Shown here one piece after another: positions 13,444-22,452 of a stretch of DNA of 42,717 nt; the stretch's first letter is position 1, and each line of letters starts with the position of its first letter. The notes beneath the pieces are model-generated. The model was given only the letters and a program-made list of their open reading frames with translations. It was not told where the DNA came from and did not search any database. The stretch spans positions 1 to 42,717 of the IMG/VR virus record IMGVR_UViG_3300045988_152067. One strand, 5' to 3'. A program made the position numbers and the translations under genes. The DNA is from a virus.

Positions 13444-13932
13444 TTAAAATTTATATTTTATGCCTATAGCAACTGTTTCTTTATCCAGGTATAGCCATGT
13501 TTTTTTAACATCTGCATTTATGGCCACACCATTATTTCCCAGTCCAATTCCTATAGCATAATCATTTTGCTGGTTGGTTTCGTATTTGCTCAATAATGTC
13601 TTGGCATTCTCCAAGGATTTGGTCAAATCTTTGACTTGCTCCTGTAGCTGTGTCGATTGCTGTTTCTGCTTTTCCAATGCTGTCTTGGAGTTCTCCAACT
13701 GTATCTTGGATTGCTGTAGCTGTGTCTGCAATGTCTTGTTTTGTGTCTGTAGCTCGGTCAAGTTCTGTTCTAATTTCGTTAGTTGACTCTCTGTTATCAG
13801 GTACGCCTTTTCCGCACAATAGCCAGTAGATACACAACAAAATAAGAACAAAACCGCCAAAAATAAGAACGTTTCTAGCGTTCTTTTGTAAAAACTCCCA
13901 AAATTTAAGAACATATGCATACATTCATACAC
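13444..13932 (-). CDS. Alternative overlapping frame: signal peptide, Q-rich coiled coil and a beta-strand tail ending YKF
   Basis: 162-aa ORF with a GTG start (an in-frame ATG at 13920 is also possible). About 40% G at third positions within the overlap, but normal bias in the last 39 codons. Confidence 0.35.
   Translation of the reverse strand: MYECMHMFLNFGSFYKRTLETFLFLAVLFLFCCVSTGYCAEKAYLITESQLTKLEQNLTELQTQNKTLQTQLQQSKIQLENSKTALEKQKQQSTQLQEQVKDLTKSLENAKTLLSKYETNQQNDYAIGIGLGNNGVAINADVKKTWLYLDKETVAIGIKYKF
13562..13924 (-). CDS. TM-anchored helical protein with DTAT repeats. This is the frame favoured by codon bias at the dual-frame locus
   Basis: ATG at 13924 lies 5 nt after GAAGGTG. Only 2 of about 83 third positions in the overlap are G, matching the AT3 bias of the genome. 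Confidence 0.5.
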   Translation of the reverse strand: MYAYVLKFWEFLQKNARNVLIFGGFVLILLCIYWLLCGKGVPDNRESTNEIRTELDRATDTKQDIADTATAIQDTVGELQDSIGKAETAIDTATGASQRFDQILGECQDIIEQIRNQPAK

Positions 13933-13938
13933 CTTCTT

Positions 13939-14148
13939 TTAAGCATCTAATTCTGTAATAATCGCTTCGTTTCTATTTTGCATTGTAATATCATCAAAAT
14001 AAATATTATTATTTCCCTGCATAAAGCTAAATCTTTTAAACGTATTTTTTAAGCTTTCATTTGGGCAATGAGATTGCGTTACAATGCCTTTAATACGTGT
14101 TTTTTCTACTGCATTAAGTGGATTTCTAGAATATACTAAAATTTTCAT
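13939..14148 (-). CDS. Hypothetical protein
   Basis: 69-aa ORF in the operon. Confidence 0.45.
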   Translation of the reverse strand: MKILVYSRNPLNAVEKTRIKGIVTQSHCPNESLKNTFKRFSFMQGNNNIYFDDITMQNRNEAIITELDA

Positions 14149-14167
14149 GGTTCATTTCTCCCTTTCA

Positions 14168-14350
14168 TTAACGTAAAAATTCCATTTTCTTTGTTTCATC
14201 TACTCCATTTTCTACTAGTTCATTGTTTTTATCTAAAACAAATTTTAATGGAGCAATTACCACTTTATTTTCATCTGCGTATATGCATTTATAGGGAATT
14301 AGATTTTCCCCTTCAGCTAAATTTAAATAATTATCTTTACATAAATTCAT
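14168..14350 (-). CDS. Hypothetical protein
   Basis: 60-aa ORF with AGGAGAG RBS. Confidence 0.45.
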   Translation of the reverse strand: MNLCKDNYLNLAEGENLIPYKCIYADENKVVIAPLKFVLDKNNELVENGVDETKKMEFLR

Positions 14351-14390
14351 TTTTTACTCTCCTGTTTAAATTAGTCGATTTCGACCAGTT

Positions 14391-14774
14391 TTATTTGCTG
14401 GTCATTTGCTTGTTATTTTTTAGTCGCTTTTCTTCTTCAATTTGTCTGCGGACTTCCTCAGTAATTTCTTTTTCCTCTTTTTCTATTTCATCTATAAGTT
14501 TTTGAACTGCATTTGTACTATTAGTTAATAGTTCTCTTATACATTCTAGTAGTATTTCTACTAAACAATCATCGTCAAAATGTATTTTTTCGTAGACATC
14601 TTCTTTATTTAATAGAGTAACGATAACATCTTTAACTGTTACATCTTCAGGTATAAAATTAGCCTCTATTGCATCACTTGGGTCCCAATAGTAATATCTT
14701 GCCCAATCTCGTATTTTTGTATCAAAATCTACTTTCGAATATTTTTCATACATTTCTTTCCAATTATCACACAT
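14391..14774 (-). CDS. Hypothetical acidic protein
   Basis: 127 aa with AAAGGAG RBS and a Glu/Lys-rich C-terminus. Confidence 0.5.
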   Translation of the reverse strand: MCDNWKEMYEKYSKVDFDTKIRDWARYYYWDPSDAIEANFIPEDVTVKDVIVTLLNKEDVYEKIHFDDDCLVEILLECIRELLTNSTNAVQKLIDEIEKEEKEITEEVRRQIEEEKRLKNNKQMTSK

Positions 14775-14787
14775 TTAATTTTTCTCC

Positions 14788-14820
14788 TTTACTTTCCATT
14801 TACTTTCTAATTACTTTCCA
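14788..14820. repeat. Three tandem 11-bp repeats (TTTACTTTCCA / TTTACTTTCTA / ATTACTTTCCA)
   Basis: Read directly. The array lies between the stop of 14822..15445 and the RBS of 14391..14774. Confidence 0.8.
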
Positions 14821-14821
14821 A

Positions 14822-15445
14822 TTATCTTCCGTTACCTGCTTCTCCGTATACTGGAACTCCATAAGGTGTTGTTAAATCTATAGCTGCAACATAATAATAG
14901 GTATTTTCTGCCCTGTTTGCATAGCCTTCTTTGTACACTTCACCCACACCAGCACCAATATAATATTCGTTCTTAAATACGTCTTTGATGGTTTCCAAAG
15001 AACGCAAGTTATATCTATTACATCTATTAGTTAAAAACTGTCTTACTACATACTCGGATGTTGGGCACCAAATACCAGCATAAATAAAGCATCTGCTATC
15101 ATCCAAAGTTGGGACTCTTTTTAATTGTGGTACATATCTATCTAAGCAATCTTGAGAAAGTAAAATGCGTTGTGCTTCTTGCCCTTGTGGTGTATTTAAT
15201 AGGTCTTTTAACTCTTGTAATTCACCATTGTATTTTATGTCGCTATATCGTCTGCCCGCAAATTTAGCACCGCCATCTATATAGCTAAGCAACAAATCTC
15301 CACGTCCGCCTATGCCTTCCCATTGGCTTACTCCCATACTTGGATAATCGCCTGCGCTAGAGCGACTAACGCTATTAAAACCTCCTTCTACGCCTGTAGA
15401 AATAATACCATTTGCTATTTCTTTTGCTAATTGTTCATCAGTCAT
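14822..15445 (-). CDS. Putative endolysin (lysozyme-like glycosidase); family uncertain
   Basis: Sits immediately after the holin. N-terminal GVEGGFNS...DYPSMGVSQWEG resembles the Glu-containing catalytic regions of lysozyme-superfamily enzymes. Confidence 0.4.
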   Translation of the reverse strand: MTDEQLAKEIANGIISTGVEGGFNSVSRSSAGDYPSMGVSQWEGIGGRGDLLLSYIDGGAKFAGRRYSDIKYNGELQELKDLLNTPQGQEAQRILLSQDCLDRYVPQLKRVPTLDDSRCFIYAGIWCPTSEYVVRQFLTNRCNRYNLRSLETIKDVFKNEYYIGAGVGEVYKEGYANRAENTYYYVAAIDLTTPYGVPVYGEAGNGR

Positions 15446-15678
15446 TGCTTATTACCTCTCTTTATAAAAATATTTGATACGGAATTGCTTAAATTTACTC
15501 CACCAATGACAACGATCAACGTCTGTATAATACTTGTTAGATTGTCTGTAATATCTTTATCTAACACGTACATAACAAACATAAATAAAAAAGTGAGTAC
15601 ACATAATATAATTAATGCACTCACTTTTGCTTCGTTGATGGATAAACCATCTTTGATATTAAATTTTTCTTCTTCCAT
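15442..15678 (-). CDS. Holin candidate (two TM helices)
   Basis: 78 aa. Segments ALIILCVLTFLFMFVMYVL and IIQTLIVVIGGV, a charged C-terminus, and an overlap with the lysin start. Confidence 0.6.
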   Translation of the reverse strand: MEEEKFNIKDGLSINEAKVSALIILCVLTFLFMFVMYVLDKDITDNLTSIIQTLIVVIGGVNLSNSVSNIFIKRGNKQ

Positions 15679-15679
15679 T

Positions 15680-16009
15680 TTATTCCTCCACTTGTGGCAA
15701 GCTTATAGTTTTGTTATACATTTTTTCTGCTGCACCATTTCCGCCTAAAGCTTTATAAGATTTATATAGCAACGTTAAATTTTCTAGGTTGTAATATGCT
15801 ATATGCCCTTCTCGCTGTGCTTTGTGGCAAATACTTATGATTTCTGTTCTACATAAGCTTTTTGTAGCATCATCTCTTGCTTCTGCTCGTTTTTGGTAAT
15901 CATCAAACTTATTTTTTAAGATAATTAATACATACTTTAATACCCCAATGTTTACCAATAACCCTAAGATTGTTCCCCAGTTCGACTCTAAAAATTCCAT
16001 TTTACTCAC
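15680..16009 (-). CDS. N-terminally anchored membrane protein upstream of the holin
   Basis: 109 aa with TM segment WGTILGLLVNIGVLKYVLIIL. Confidence 0.4.
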   Translation of the reverse strand: MSKMEFLESNWGTILGLLVNIGVLKYVLIILKNKFDDYQKRAEARDDATKSLCRTEIISICHKAQREGHIAYYNLENLTLLYKSYKALGGNGAAEKMYNKTISLPQVEE

Positions 16010-16032
16010 CTACTCCCCATAAGATAATAAAA

Positions 16033-16167
16033 CTATTTATGTTCTTCTTTAATTTCATTATTTTTTTCTTTTGGTGGATTTAAAGGTTTATTTCTTGTAC
16101 AGTTTGGATTATCACAAATACCTTTATTATCTACGTTTCCTTTAATACATACAAAACATTTTGACAT
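16033..16167 (-). CDS. Small Cys-containing protein (44 aa, below the ORF-track cutoff)
   Basis: ATG at 16167 overlaps the upstream stop (TAATG). Sequence MSKCFVCIKGNVDNKGICDNPNCT... Confidence 0.4.
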   Translation of the reverse strand: MSKCFVCIKGNVDNKGICDNPNCTRNKPLNPPKEKNNEIKEEHK

Positions 16168-16673
16168 TATAAAGCACTCCTTTTATCTGCATATTCCTGT
16201 ACTAATGCAGTTCGTTCCTGTCTTAATTGCTGTGCGTATTCTGTATCTTGCATTATTAATACTGCTTTTATTATTTCATTGTTTTTATCTGCAAATTTTA
16301 CAGCATATTCTGCATCTAAAGCTTGTCTTGCTTGCTCTTGCAGTTCTTCTGCTGTTGGTACGTATGCTGGCTTTTCTACAATTTGACAATCTTTGTAGAT
16401 GTATTCTTTGTCTGCATTTCCAACTAATTTATTATAATCATCTTGATTAAACCATACACCGCCATTATCGAGAACACTTTGATAATCGAAACCGTCTACA
16501 AGGTTTAATATTTCCTCATCTACGAAGCCTGCATAAACTTCTTTTTGTTCTCCATCTTCAAAAATTGTTTCGTATTCCTCATGTGCTGGAGTATAAGAAT
16601 AATGTACTCCGTTTGCGTATGTGTTTAATCGTGTCCCGTCTGTATTGAATTGTATTAAATAATCTTTATCCAT
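16167..16673 (-). CDS. Tail fibre assembly/chaperone-like protein
   Basis: 168 aa, directly downstream of the fibre gene. Assigned by position only. Confidence 0.4.
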   Translation of the reverse strand: MDKDYLIQFNTDGTRLNTYANGVHYSYTPAHEEYETIFEDGEQKEVYAGFVDEEILNLVDGFDYQSVLDNGGVWFNQDDYNKLVGNADKEYIYKDCQIVEKPAYVPTAEELQEQARQALDAEYAVKFADKNNEIIKAVLIMQDTEYAQQLRQERTALVQEYADKRSAL

Positions 16674-16691
16674 AATTAACTCCTTAATACA

Positions 16692-17903
16692 TTAATATCC
16701 TATTGCTATATAACCCATATTATATACAGAGGTATAATCTTTCTCTGCACCTATTAAAAATTTAGTCTTGTCTACAGGATATGCCCATGGTGTAAAAAAA
16801 TCTGATACAGGATATTCATTTATTACTCCTATAACAATAAAACAAGAATTTGGGAAACTTATAGGAAAATACTTATAATCACTTGATGAAGAGCTTTCTT
16901 TTACAACTCCCCATTGCCATATCATGCCTGTGTTTCCATCTTTCCACCATCCGTTTTGTTGTTTGCTTGCTGTAAATTTATTTGTTAATAAACTTTGTAC
17001 AAAAGCGGTGGTGGCAAGTTTGGTACTGTTATCGTTTGTACTAGGTGTAACTCCGTTTATAGCTACCCCTGCTGTTAATTCTTTTTTATTATAGTTATAA
17101 GTTAATACTCTTATGTTATCTCTCCAATCCCAAAAACCCATAAAATCTGGTGTAAATGTTATACCACTATTAAATTCTATATTTTTTATAGTCCTTTGAG
17201 TTTTAGATGTTACTCCTGTAAAATAAATATTGCCTTTCATGGTACCACCAGATAATTTTAAATAGGTGGTATTTATTGTATTACCGTCACCATCTTGAGT
17301 TGCCTTTGTTGCATTTGCAACGTTATTTATTGTAGCAGTGCTAGTGGTGCCATTTCCTTTTGTTACTGTTATAGTAGCGTTACTAGCTGTTATATCTTTT
17401 ACATATGTTGTATCTATTGGCAAATAATTTTTTAATACTTCTTCTAGTATTCCTGAAGTAACTAATCCTTCTTGATCGATATTTACTATAATATTATCTA
17501 CATTTAATACCGCTATATTTAATGCATAACTTGCAGATATAACAAGTGCAGAATTTTTATCTGGTATATAGTCTGGATTAGGATCTGTAGTATACATATA
17601 TAAGATTTCGCCTTCATCAGGATCATTTGCAAAAAGTCCCCATTCTCTAGCGTAAAATGGTGTAGTAATATTGCTCGTTAATATTACACTTGTTACTTCA
17701 CATACATTATTTTTTACATTCTTAGAAGAAATACCCATAATATTTTGTGGTTGTTTCAGGTCTGTCAAATTATCTATTTCTTCTGGTTCTGGAGTTCCAC
17801 TACCTAACTTCATTTTTGTTAATTCTAGTGTCTGACCAGCTTCTACTTTAGCTTGTAAAGCTCTTCCTTTTGCGGTTAATACTCCGCCTGCCCAGTTTGG
17901 CAT
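16692..17903 (-). CDS. Tail fibre protein
   Basis: N-terminus MPNWAGGVLTAKGRALQAKVEAGQTLELTKMKLGSG resembles the P2 gpH-type fibre N-domain. Follows gpI. Confidence 0.7.
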   Translation of the reverse strand: MPNWAGGVLTAKGRALQAKVEAGQTLELTKMKLGSGTPEPEEIDNLTDLKQPQNIMGISSKNVKNNVCEVTSVILTSNITTPFYAREWGLFANDPDEGEILYMYTTDPNPDYIPDKNSALVISASYALNIAVLNVDNIIVNIDQEGLVTSGILEEVLKNYLPIDTTYVKDITASNATITVTKGNGTTSTATINNVANATKATQDGDGNTINTTYLKLSGGTMKGNIYFTGVTSKTQRTIKNIEFNSGITFTPDFMGFWDWRDNIRVLTYNYNKKELTAGVAINGVTPSTNDNSTKLATTAFVQSLLTNKFTASKQQNGWWKDGNTGMIWQWGVVKESSSSSDYKYFPISFPNSCFIVIGVINEYPVSDFFTPWAYPVDKTKFLIGAEKDYTSVYNMGYIAIGY

Positions 17904-18541
17904 GTTACTGCTACCTCCTTATGCATATAAATACCTGCTGTTATTTTTTTATTAATAGTATGGCTAGTATCTTTTATAGTTGCTGGATATACGCTTATTT
18001 TGTAATGCAAACTAGGTACAGAACCTATACCTATATAAGCTTTCCCATTACGTAAAAACCCTAAATAATCTAACCAACTTCTAGTATTTTTTATGTTATA
18101 TAAAGCTCTTGCTATTTTTTCTAGAGCATCTACATTTGGAATATCTGCTGTTATTAAATCAATCTTGAAGTGATATGGTTCACCATCATATTCCCACCAT
18201 TCTTCTACTTTGGCACCGCCAAAAAGTGTAGATATATAATCTTCTACTACTCCTACAGTGCCTTTGTATCTATGCCATTTTATAGAATTTTTAACAGCAT
18301 CACGTTTTTGCTTTATATTCCAGTTTTCATCATAGAAATCTACGTGTAATTGCCACGCTAGATAATTAATAATTTCTTCTGGCAGATTATCTATATTGGC
18401 ATATATAGATAATTTTTTATTATTCTCTACCAGTTTGTTTAATTGCACATCTAATGCATCACACATAGCTTTTACAAAAGGATCTCTTAATAAATTAGGT
18501 GGCATTATATCACTAAGTTTTAAATCTTCTAACTTAATCAT
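17876..18541 (-). CDS. Baseplate/tail protein I (P2 gpI-like)
   Basis: Follows gpJ. The ATG at 18541 overlaps the J stop (ATGATTAA) with GGTGGTG upstream. Confidence 0.6.
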   Translation of the reverse strand: MIKLEDLKLSDIMPPNLLRDPFVKAMCDALDVQLNKLVENNKKLSIYANIDNLPEEIINYLAWQLHVDFYDENWNIKQKRDAVKNSIKWHRYKGTVGVVEDYISTLFGGAKVEEWWEYDGEPYHFKIDLITADIPNVDALEKIARALYNIKNTRSWLDYLGFLRNGKAYIGIGSVPSLHYKISVYPATIKDTSHTINKKITAGIYMHKEVAVTCQTGQAEY

Positions 18542-19694
18542 ATTTAACACCACCATAATCAATAGCTATTTGACTTTCTTTTGCAACTTGAGCCTTTGCA
18601 TCTCCTTTATGTGTTGTAGCTGCACTTATAGATGTATCTTTTATTATTTCCGTATAAACTGGCTCTGTAACTTCTATTCTGCCTGCTCCTGCACCACGCA
18701 TAAAATAAACTAACTGATTAGGATCTATATCTCTGCCCAATGCAGATTTTTGCCACAATACATAATCTTCTCTGATAGATTTTTCTACAGCTTCTTTTAA
18801 AGTATTTTCTTGCTCGGCATCATTAGCGTTTATATAGTATTTTACATTTATGTTATATTCAACTTGTTCTGGCTCTATAACCTCAACTTTATCTGTTAAA
18901 GGCCTTCTATTTTTCTCATTTAAGATTTTTTCAATTTCTTCTATTAATTGTCCATTAGGAAGCTCTCCACCTTCTAAAAGTGGTCTAATATGTACCACTC
19001 CTGGAGTAGGAGAATAAACTGCTACATCAACAATGGCTGGAGAAGCTGTTTTAGTCCAAAATGCATAACTTCCATCTGGTCCTGCTGTAGAAAAACTTTC
19101 TGGAGCTTGCCTTGTTCTTTCTCTTAAAGCTTCATCATTTTCTGCATCTTCTCCACCTGTAGTAGTTTCCGTGTTTTGGATATTTACTAAAAATGGCAAA
19201 TTATCCACTATTTTATTTATTTGCCCCTCTACATATCCATTTCCTATAGTACCTGCTACAGTGCATTTTACAGTTCCCTGTGCTTCTGTTGTTCCTTGCT
19301 CTATAACTATAGGACTAGTAATAGAAAAATATATTTCATCTCCTGCAGTAATTCTTATACCTGCAGGAATAGTAACACTATAATTTAATGGGGTTGATAG
19401 TATAGCTTTAACTTTTGCACCAGCAAAACTGGCTGGTAAACGCTCTACATCTAAAAGTGCTGCTAGATGTTCCAAATAATCTTCTTTAGAAAAAAACAGC
19501 AGGTTCATCTTTCCAGTTGTGTCCTGCTGTTTTTCTATTAATCCTATATAATATGCCAAAGTTTCTAAAAAAATCCTTCTTGGATCTGCTGGGGCTAATG
19601 TATAGCCTGTCTGTTGTTCTACTGTAGTTATTACTTCTTGTTTTATTTTTTCTGTATCTGTTTCTACAAATTGTAAATTGGGATTAAGTTCCAT
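18534..19694 (-). CDS. Baseplate J-like protein
   Basis: 386 aa between the gpW-like and gpI-like genes. Size and order match P2 gpJ / Mu gp47. Confidence 0.7.
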   Translation of the reverse strand: MELNPNLQFVETDTEKIKQEVITTVEQQTGYTLAPADPRRIFLETLAYYIGLIEKQQDTTGKMNLLFFSKEDYLEHLAALLDVERLPASFAGAKVKAILSTPLNYSVTIPAGIRITAGDEIYFSITSPIVIEQGTTEAQGTVKCTVAGTIGNGYVEGQINKIVDNLPFLVNIQNTETTTGGEDAENDEALRERTRQAPESFSTAGPDGSYAFWTKTASPAIVDVAVYSPTPGVVHIRPLLEGGELPNGQLIEEIEKILNEKNRRPLTDKVEVIEPEQVEYNINVKYYINANDAEQENTLKEAVEKSIREDYVLWQKSALGRDIDPNQLVYFMRGAGAGRIEVTEPVYTEIIKDTSISAATTHKGDAKAQVAKESQIAIDYGGVKYD

Positions 19695-20004
19695 TTAGTC
19701 CACCTCTTATAACTGGATATAATGCACCCTCACCTGTATTTGCTTTAAAGGTTATAGATTCTACTACAAATCTAGGCTCAAATTGTGCAATAGCTTGTAT
19801 AATTTCAGATTTTAGTCTTGCTTGTATTAGATTTATAGGAGTATCTACATAGTTTATAGATAATCCAAAATTTCTATTTAATGGTACAGAATATTTTGGG
19901 GTAGATAATAAATTATATATATTTTGTGCTACTTCTTGTGCTGTATTTTGGGGAGCAAAATTAATTACTTGTGGTTGCACTAGATTTATTTCCATTATTT
20001 GCAT
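19684..20004 (-). CDS. Baseplate wedge protein W (gp25-like)
   Basis: 106 aa. NFGLSINYVD...ARLKSEIIQAIAQFEPRF matches the GPW/gp25 pattern. Confidence 0.7.
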   Translation of the reverse strand: MQIMEINLVQPQVINFAPQNTAQEVAQNIYNLLSTPKYSVPLNRNFGLSINYVDTPINLIQARLKSEIIQAIAQFEPRFVVESITFKANTGEGALYPVIRGGLNGT

Positions 20005-20497
20005 TTTGTTGTAGCTCCTCTTGTCTTAATTTATATTCTTTAATAGTTATTGATACTTCTATGGCTATTAAATTCCCATTTTTATCTGCACGCTTGCCCT
20101 TTTCTGTAATATCTGTTACACATACCCAATTATCTAATACTGGACCATCACCCAAGATAAATGGAACTACCTCACCTTCATCTCTAAGTTTTCTTAGATT
20201 TTTCAATTCTTCTTGGGGGTTTGTTCCACAATCTGTACTAAAATATATATCAAAATTAATTTCTTCTAATCCTGGTCCTATAAATTCCATAACAGGCTTT
20301 TGTCCAATTATCTCATGGGTGCCCCAGCGAGCTGAAGCTTGTCTTTGATAGTTTTTAATGGTTTTATATATTATGCCATTATTGCCAGTTTTGCTATTTA
20401 AATAACTACCTAAAAAACCTAGACCTTTGCCACTATAAAAACTATTATTGCCAACTTGAAAAACAACTTTTGTCCCTAAACTACCAATTATGGCCAT
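19961..20497 (-). CDS. P2 gpU-like tail protein
   Basis: ARWGTHEIIGQKPVMEFIGPGLEEINFDIYF and GEVVPFILGDG align with the P2 gpU pattern. AGGAGGTG RBS lies before the ATG at 20497. Confidence 0.7.
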   Translation of the reverse strand: MAIIGSLGTKVVFQVGNNSFYSGKGLGFLGSYLNSKTGNNGIIYKTIKNYQRQASARWGTHEIIGQKPVMEFIGPGLEEINFDIYFSTDCGTNPQEELKNLRKLRDEGEVVPFILGDGPVLDNWVCVTDITEKGKRADKNGNLIAIEVSITIKEYKLRQEELQQNANNGNKSSATTSN

Positions 20498-20509
20498 ATA
20501 AAACACCTC

Positions 20510-20827
20510 CTATCCTGCAAATACATTTGCACTACCTGTACTATGTGTTCCAGACTCTCCACAAGTCCCACAAGTTGTAGTATCGCCTATTCTTGTAACA
20601 GGTTTCCCATTTACAAATACTGTACTACTACCACTAACACTGGTAAAAGTTCCGCCATGTGGGCAATTTGTAGAACCTGTATCATCTTTTCTATGCACAG
20701 GGCTACCATTTACATATACATTTGGACTACCAGTGCTATTTGTTCCACTTCTAGCATGTGGACAATCTGGTAATTTTAAATCACAAATTCCTTGCGTTTT
20801 ATCTCCTACTTTTGTAATTGCTGGCAT
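20510..20827 (-). CDS. PAAR-repeat spike-tip protein
   Basis: Three repeats of the type G-x-x-VxVNGxPVxRxGD together with CPH motifs. The start at 20827 (MPAITKVGD) has GAAGGTG upstream. Confidence 0.75.
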   Translation of the reverse strand: MPAITKVGDKTQGICDLKLPDCPHARSGTNSTGSPNVYVNGSPVHRKDDTGSTNCPHGGTFTSVSGSSTVFVNGKPVTRIGDTTTCGTCGESGTHSTGSANVFAG

Positions 20828-20837
20828 TTCATCACCT

Positions 20838-21245
20838 TCAATCATTCAAATGAATTTCTGAACCGTTTATTTTTATAACACCTGCACAATTTATATTTAA
20901 TTCCTGTGTATTTTTATCATAAACGATAGTAGTTCCATCACCAAAATCTAATACTCTTTTTCCAACTTCAGCATTACTAGGAACAGGATTTTGATTATTA
21001 AAATAAGTACCTAAAATACAGCCTTGATTTAAGCTAGTAGTATTATTTTGGTTCATTAAACATTTTACATAGTCCCCTGGTTCTGGTAGCCAAAAATCTT
21101 TAACACCACCACCACCACGACCTAAAATTTGAAGTGGTCCACTTACTGTATTGTCTTTATCTGGAAAATATACTGTAGCTGTCATTGTGCTGGCATCTAC
21201 TGTAGATACTATGCCATCTCTTATAAGATTATTACTAATAGCCAT
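20838..21245 (-). CDS. Baseplate assembly protein V (spike base)
   Basis: 135 aa, between the gpD-like and PAAR genes. OB-fold-like N-terminal half. Confidence 0.6.
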   Translation of the reverse strand: MAISNNLIRDGIVSTVDASTMTATVYFPDKDNTVSGPLQILGRGGGGVKDFWLPEPGDYVKCLMNQNNTTSLNQGCILGTYFNNQNPVPSNAEVGKRVLDFGDGTTIVYDKNTQELNINCAGVIKINGSEIHLND

Positions 21246-22239
21246 TTAAACACCGCCTTAAGCTTAATCTTGCTGTAACTTCACTACCTACAGAACAATC
21301 TACATTAGTAATGATGTATTTCCCATCAAATTTTTTGAAATTTTTTAGAGTAAGCACCTGACCTGCATAATAAAAAGTAGTTGTATCTAAATTTATTTCT
21401 GCTGTTATTTCTTCTTTATTTTTATTTCTAAGCTCTTGCCTTGCTAAACGCTCTGCTTCTGCATAAGAAGTAACTTGTTTATTAATTTCTAACGTCTGAC
21501 CTACTGTTTTATTTGGATCTGTAAATGTAGCTTCTATGGTAGTTCCTTTGCCTGTATCTGTATATTTTACGTGGCAAGACTTATATACATCTCTTAATTT
21601 ACTTGTAAATCTATAATTTATTATCCTGGTAATATTTAAATCTATTTCCCCTACTGGTTCTTCTTGCTCATATTTATATTCTTCAAAGATAGCAATATTT
21701 CCATCAGATATTTTTAGGGCCATACCATTATCATCACATTGTTTTTGTAAAAATTCTAAATAACTTTCTTCTGTTATTTCAGCTCGCTCAATGGCTGGAT
21801 CCGTATCTGCGGAATATATAAGCTTCATGCCAGTTTCACTTGCAACATCTGTTGCTATTCTAGATAAAGTAACTTTTTCCCAAGCTTTATTTTTGGCCAC
21901 ACCTCTAAGGTTAGAATTATTAGGAATAGATACAGCTTTTATACTAGCAGTAGATGGTGGCCCACTTACTTCTATTTCATCAATTTCGTATTTTCCTATT
22001 GGAATTTCTGTATCTTTTCCATTGATTGTATAAATAAAACTTACTTGTAAGCTATCTCCTTTTTCTGGTAACCAATCCCCATTCCATAACTTTAAGCTAT
22101 TTTCTACATCTAGAGTTAAATCATCTGCCTTATTACTTAATGGATCTGTATAGCTTACATTTGTTAAAAAACTTGCTAAATCCTTGCTTATATCTTTTTT
22201 GTTATAGATTATTTTAGGAGTAATTTTTAATGGTAACAT
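21235..22239 (-). CDS. Late control D-like baseplate hub protein
   Basis: 334 aa. Lies after the tape measure and X, as for P2 gpD / Mu gpP. Confidence 0.65.
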   Translation of the reverse strand: MLPLKITPKIIYNKKDISKDLASFLTNVSYTDPLSNKADDLTLDVENSLKLWNGDWLPEKGDSLQVSFIYTINGKDTEIPIGKYEIDEIEVSGPPSTASIKAVSIPNNSNLRGVAKNKAWEKVTLSRIATDVASETGMKLIYSADTDPAIERAEITEESYLEFLQKQCDDNGMALKISDGNIAIFEEYKYEQEEPVGEIDLNITRIINYRFTSKLRDVYKSCHVKYTDTGKGTTIEATFTDPNKTVGQTLEINKQVTSYAEAERLARQELRNKNKEEITAEINLDTTTFYYAGQVLTLKNFKKFDGKYIITNVDCSVGSEVTARLSLRRCLNGY

Positions 22240-22251
22240 AAAAAAATCCTC

Positions 22252-22452
22252 CTATCTTTTCCATGGAGGTAATAAAGTAGATACTGGTGTTTCTATTTCT
22301 GGCAAATTTAGTTCTATATTGGCAGGAAAAATAACATAATCTCTGTATTTAAAATTTACATCTATAAGTAAATGTGTATATTGTTCTCCGCCAAGTTGAT
22401 TAAATGCAATTAAATCCCATGTATCTCCCTGTATTGTTTTATATTTACGCAT
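22252..22452 (-). CDS. Tail protein X (LysM-like)
   Basis: 66 aa. YKTIQGDTWDLIA...PANIELNLPEI matches the gpX/LysM pattern. Confidence 0.7.
   Translation of the reverse strand: MRKYKTIQGDTWDLIAFNQLGGEQYTHLLIDVNFKYRDYVIFPANIELNLPEIETPVSTLLPPWKR

Noticed and set aside
13574-13786. 70-aa + strand ORF antisense to the dual-frame locus
   Set aside because: It is open only because the repetitive CTGT/GCTG composition is poor in stop codons in all frames. It has no start context.
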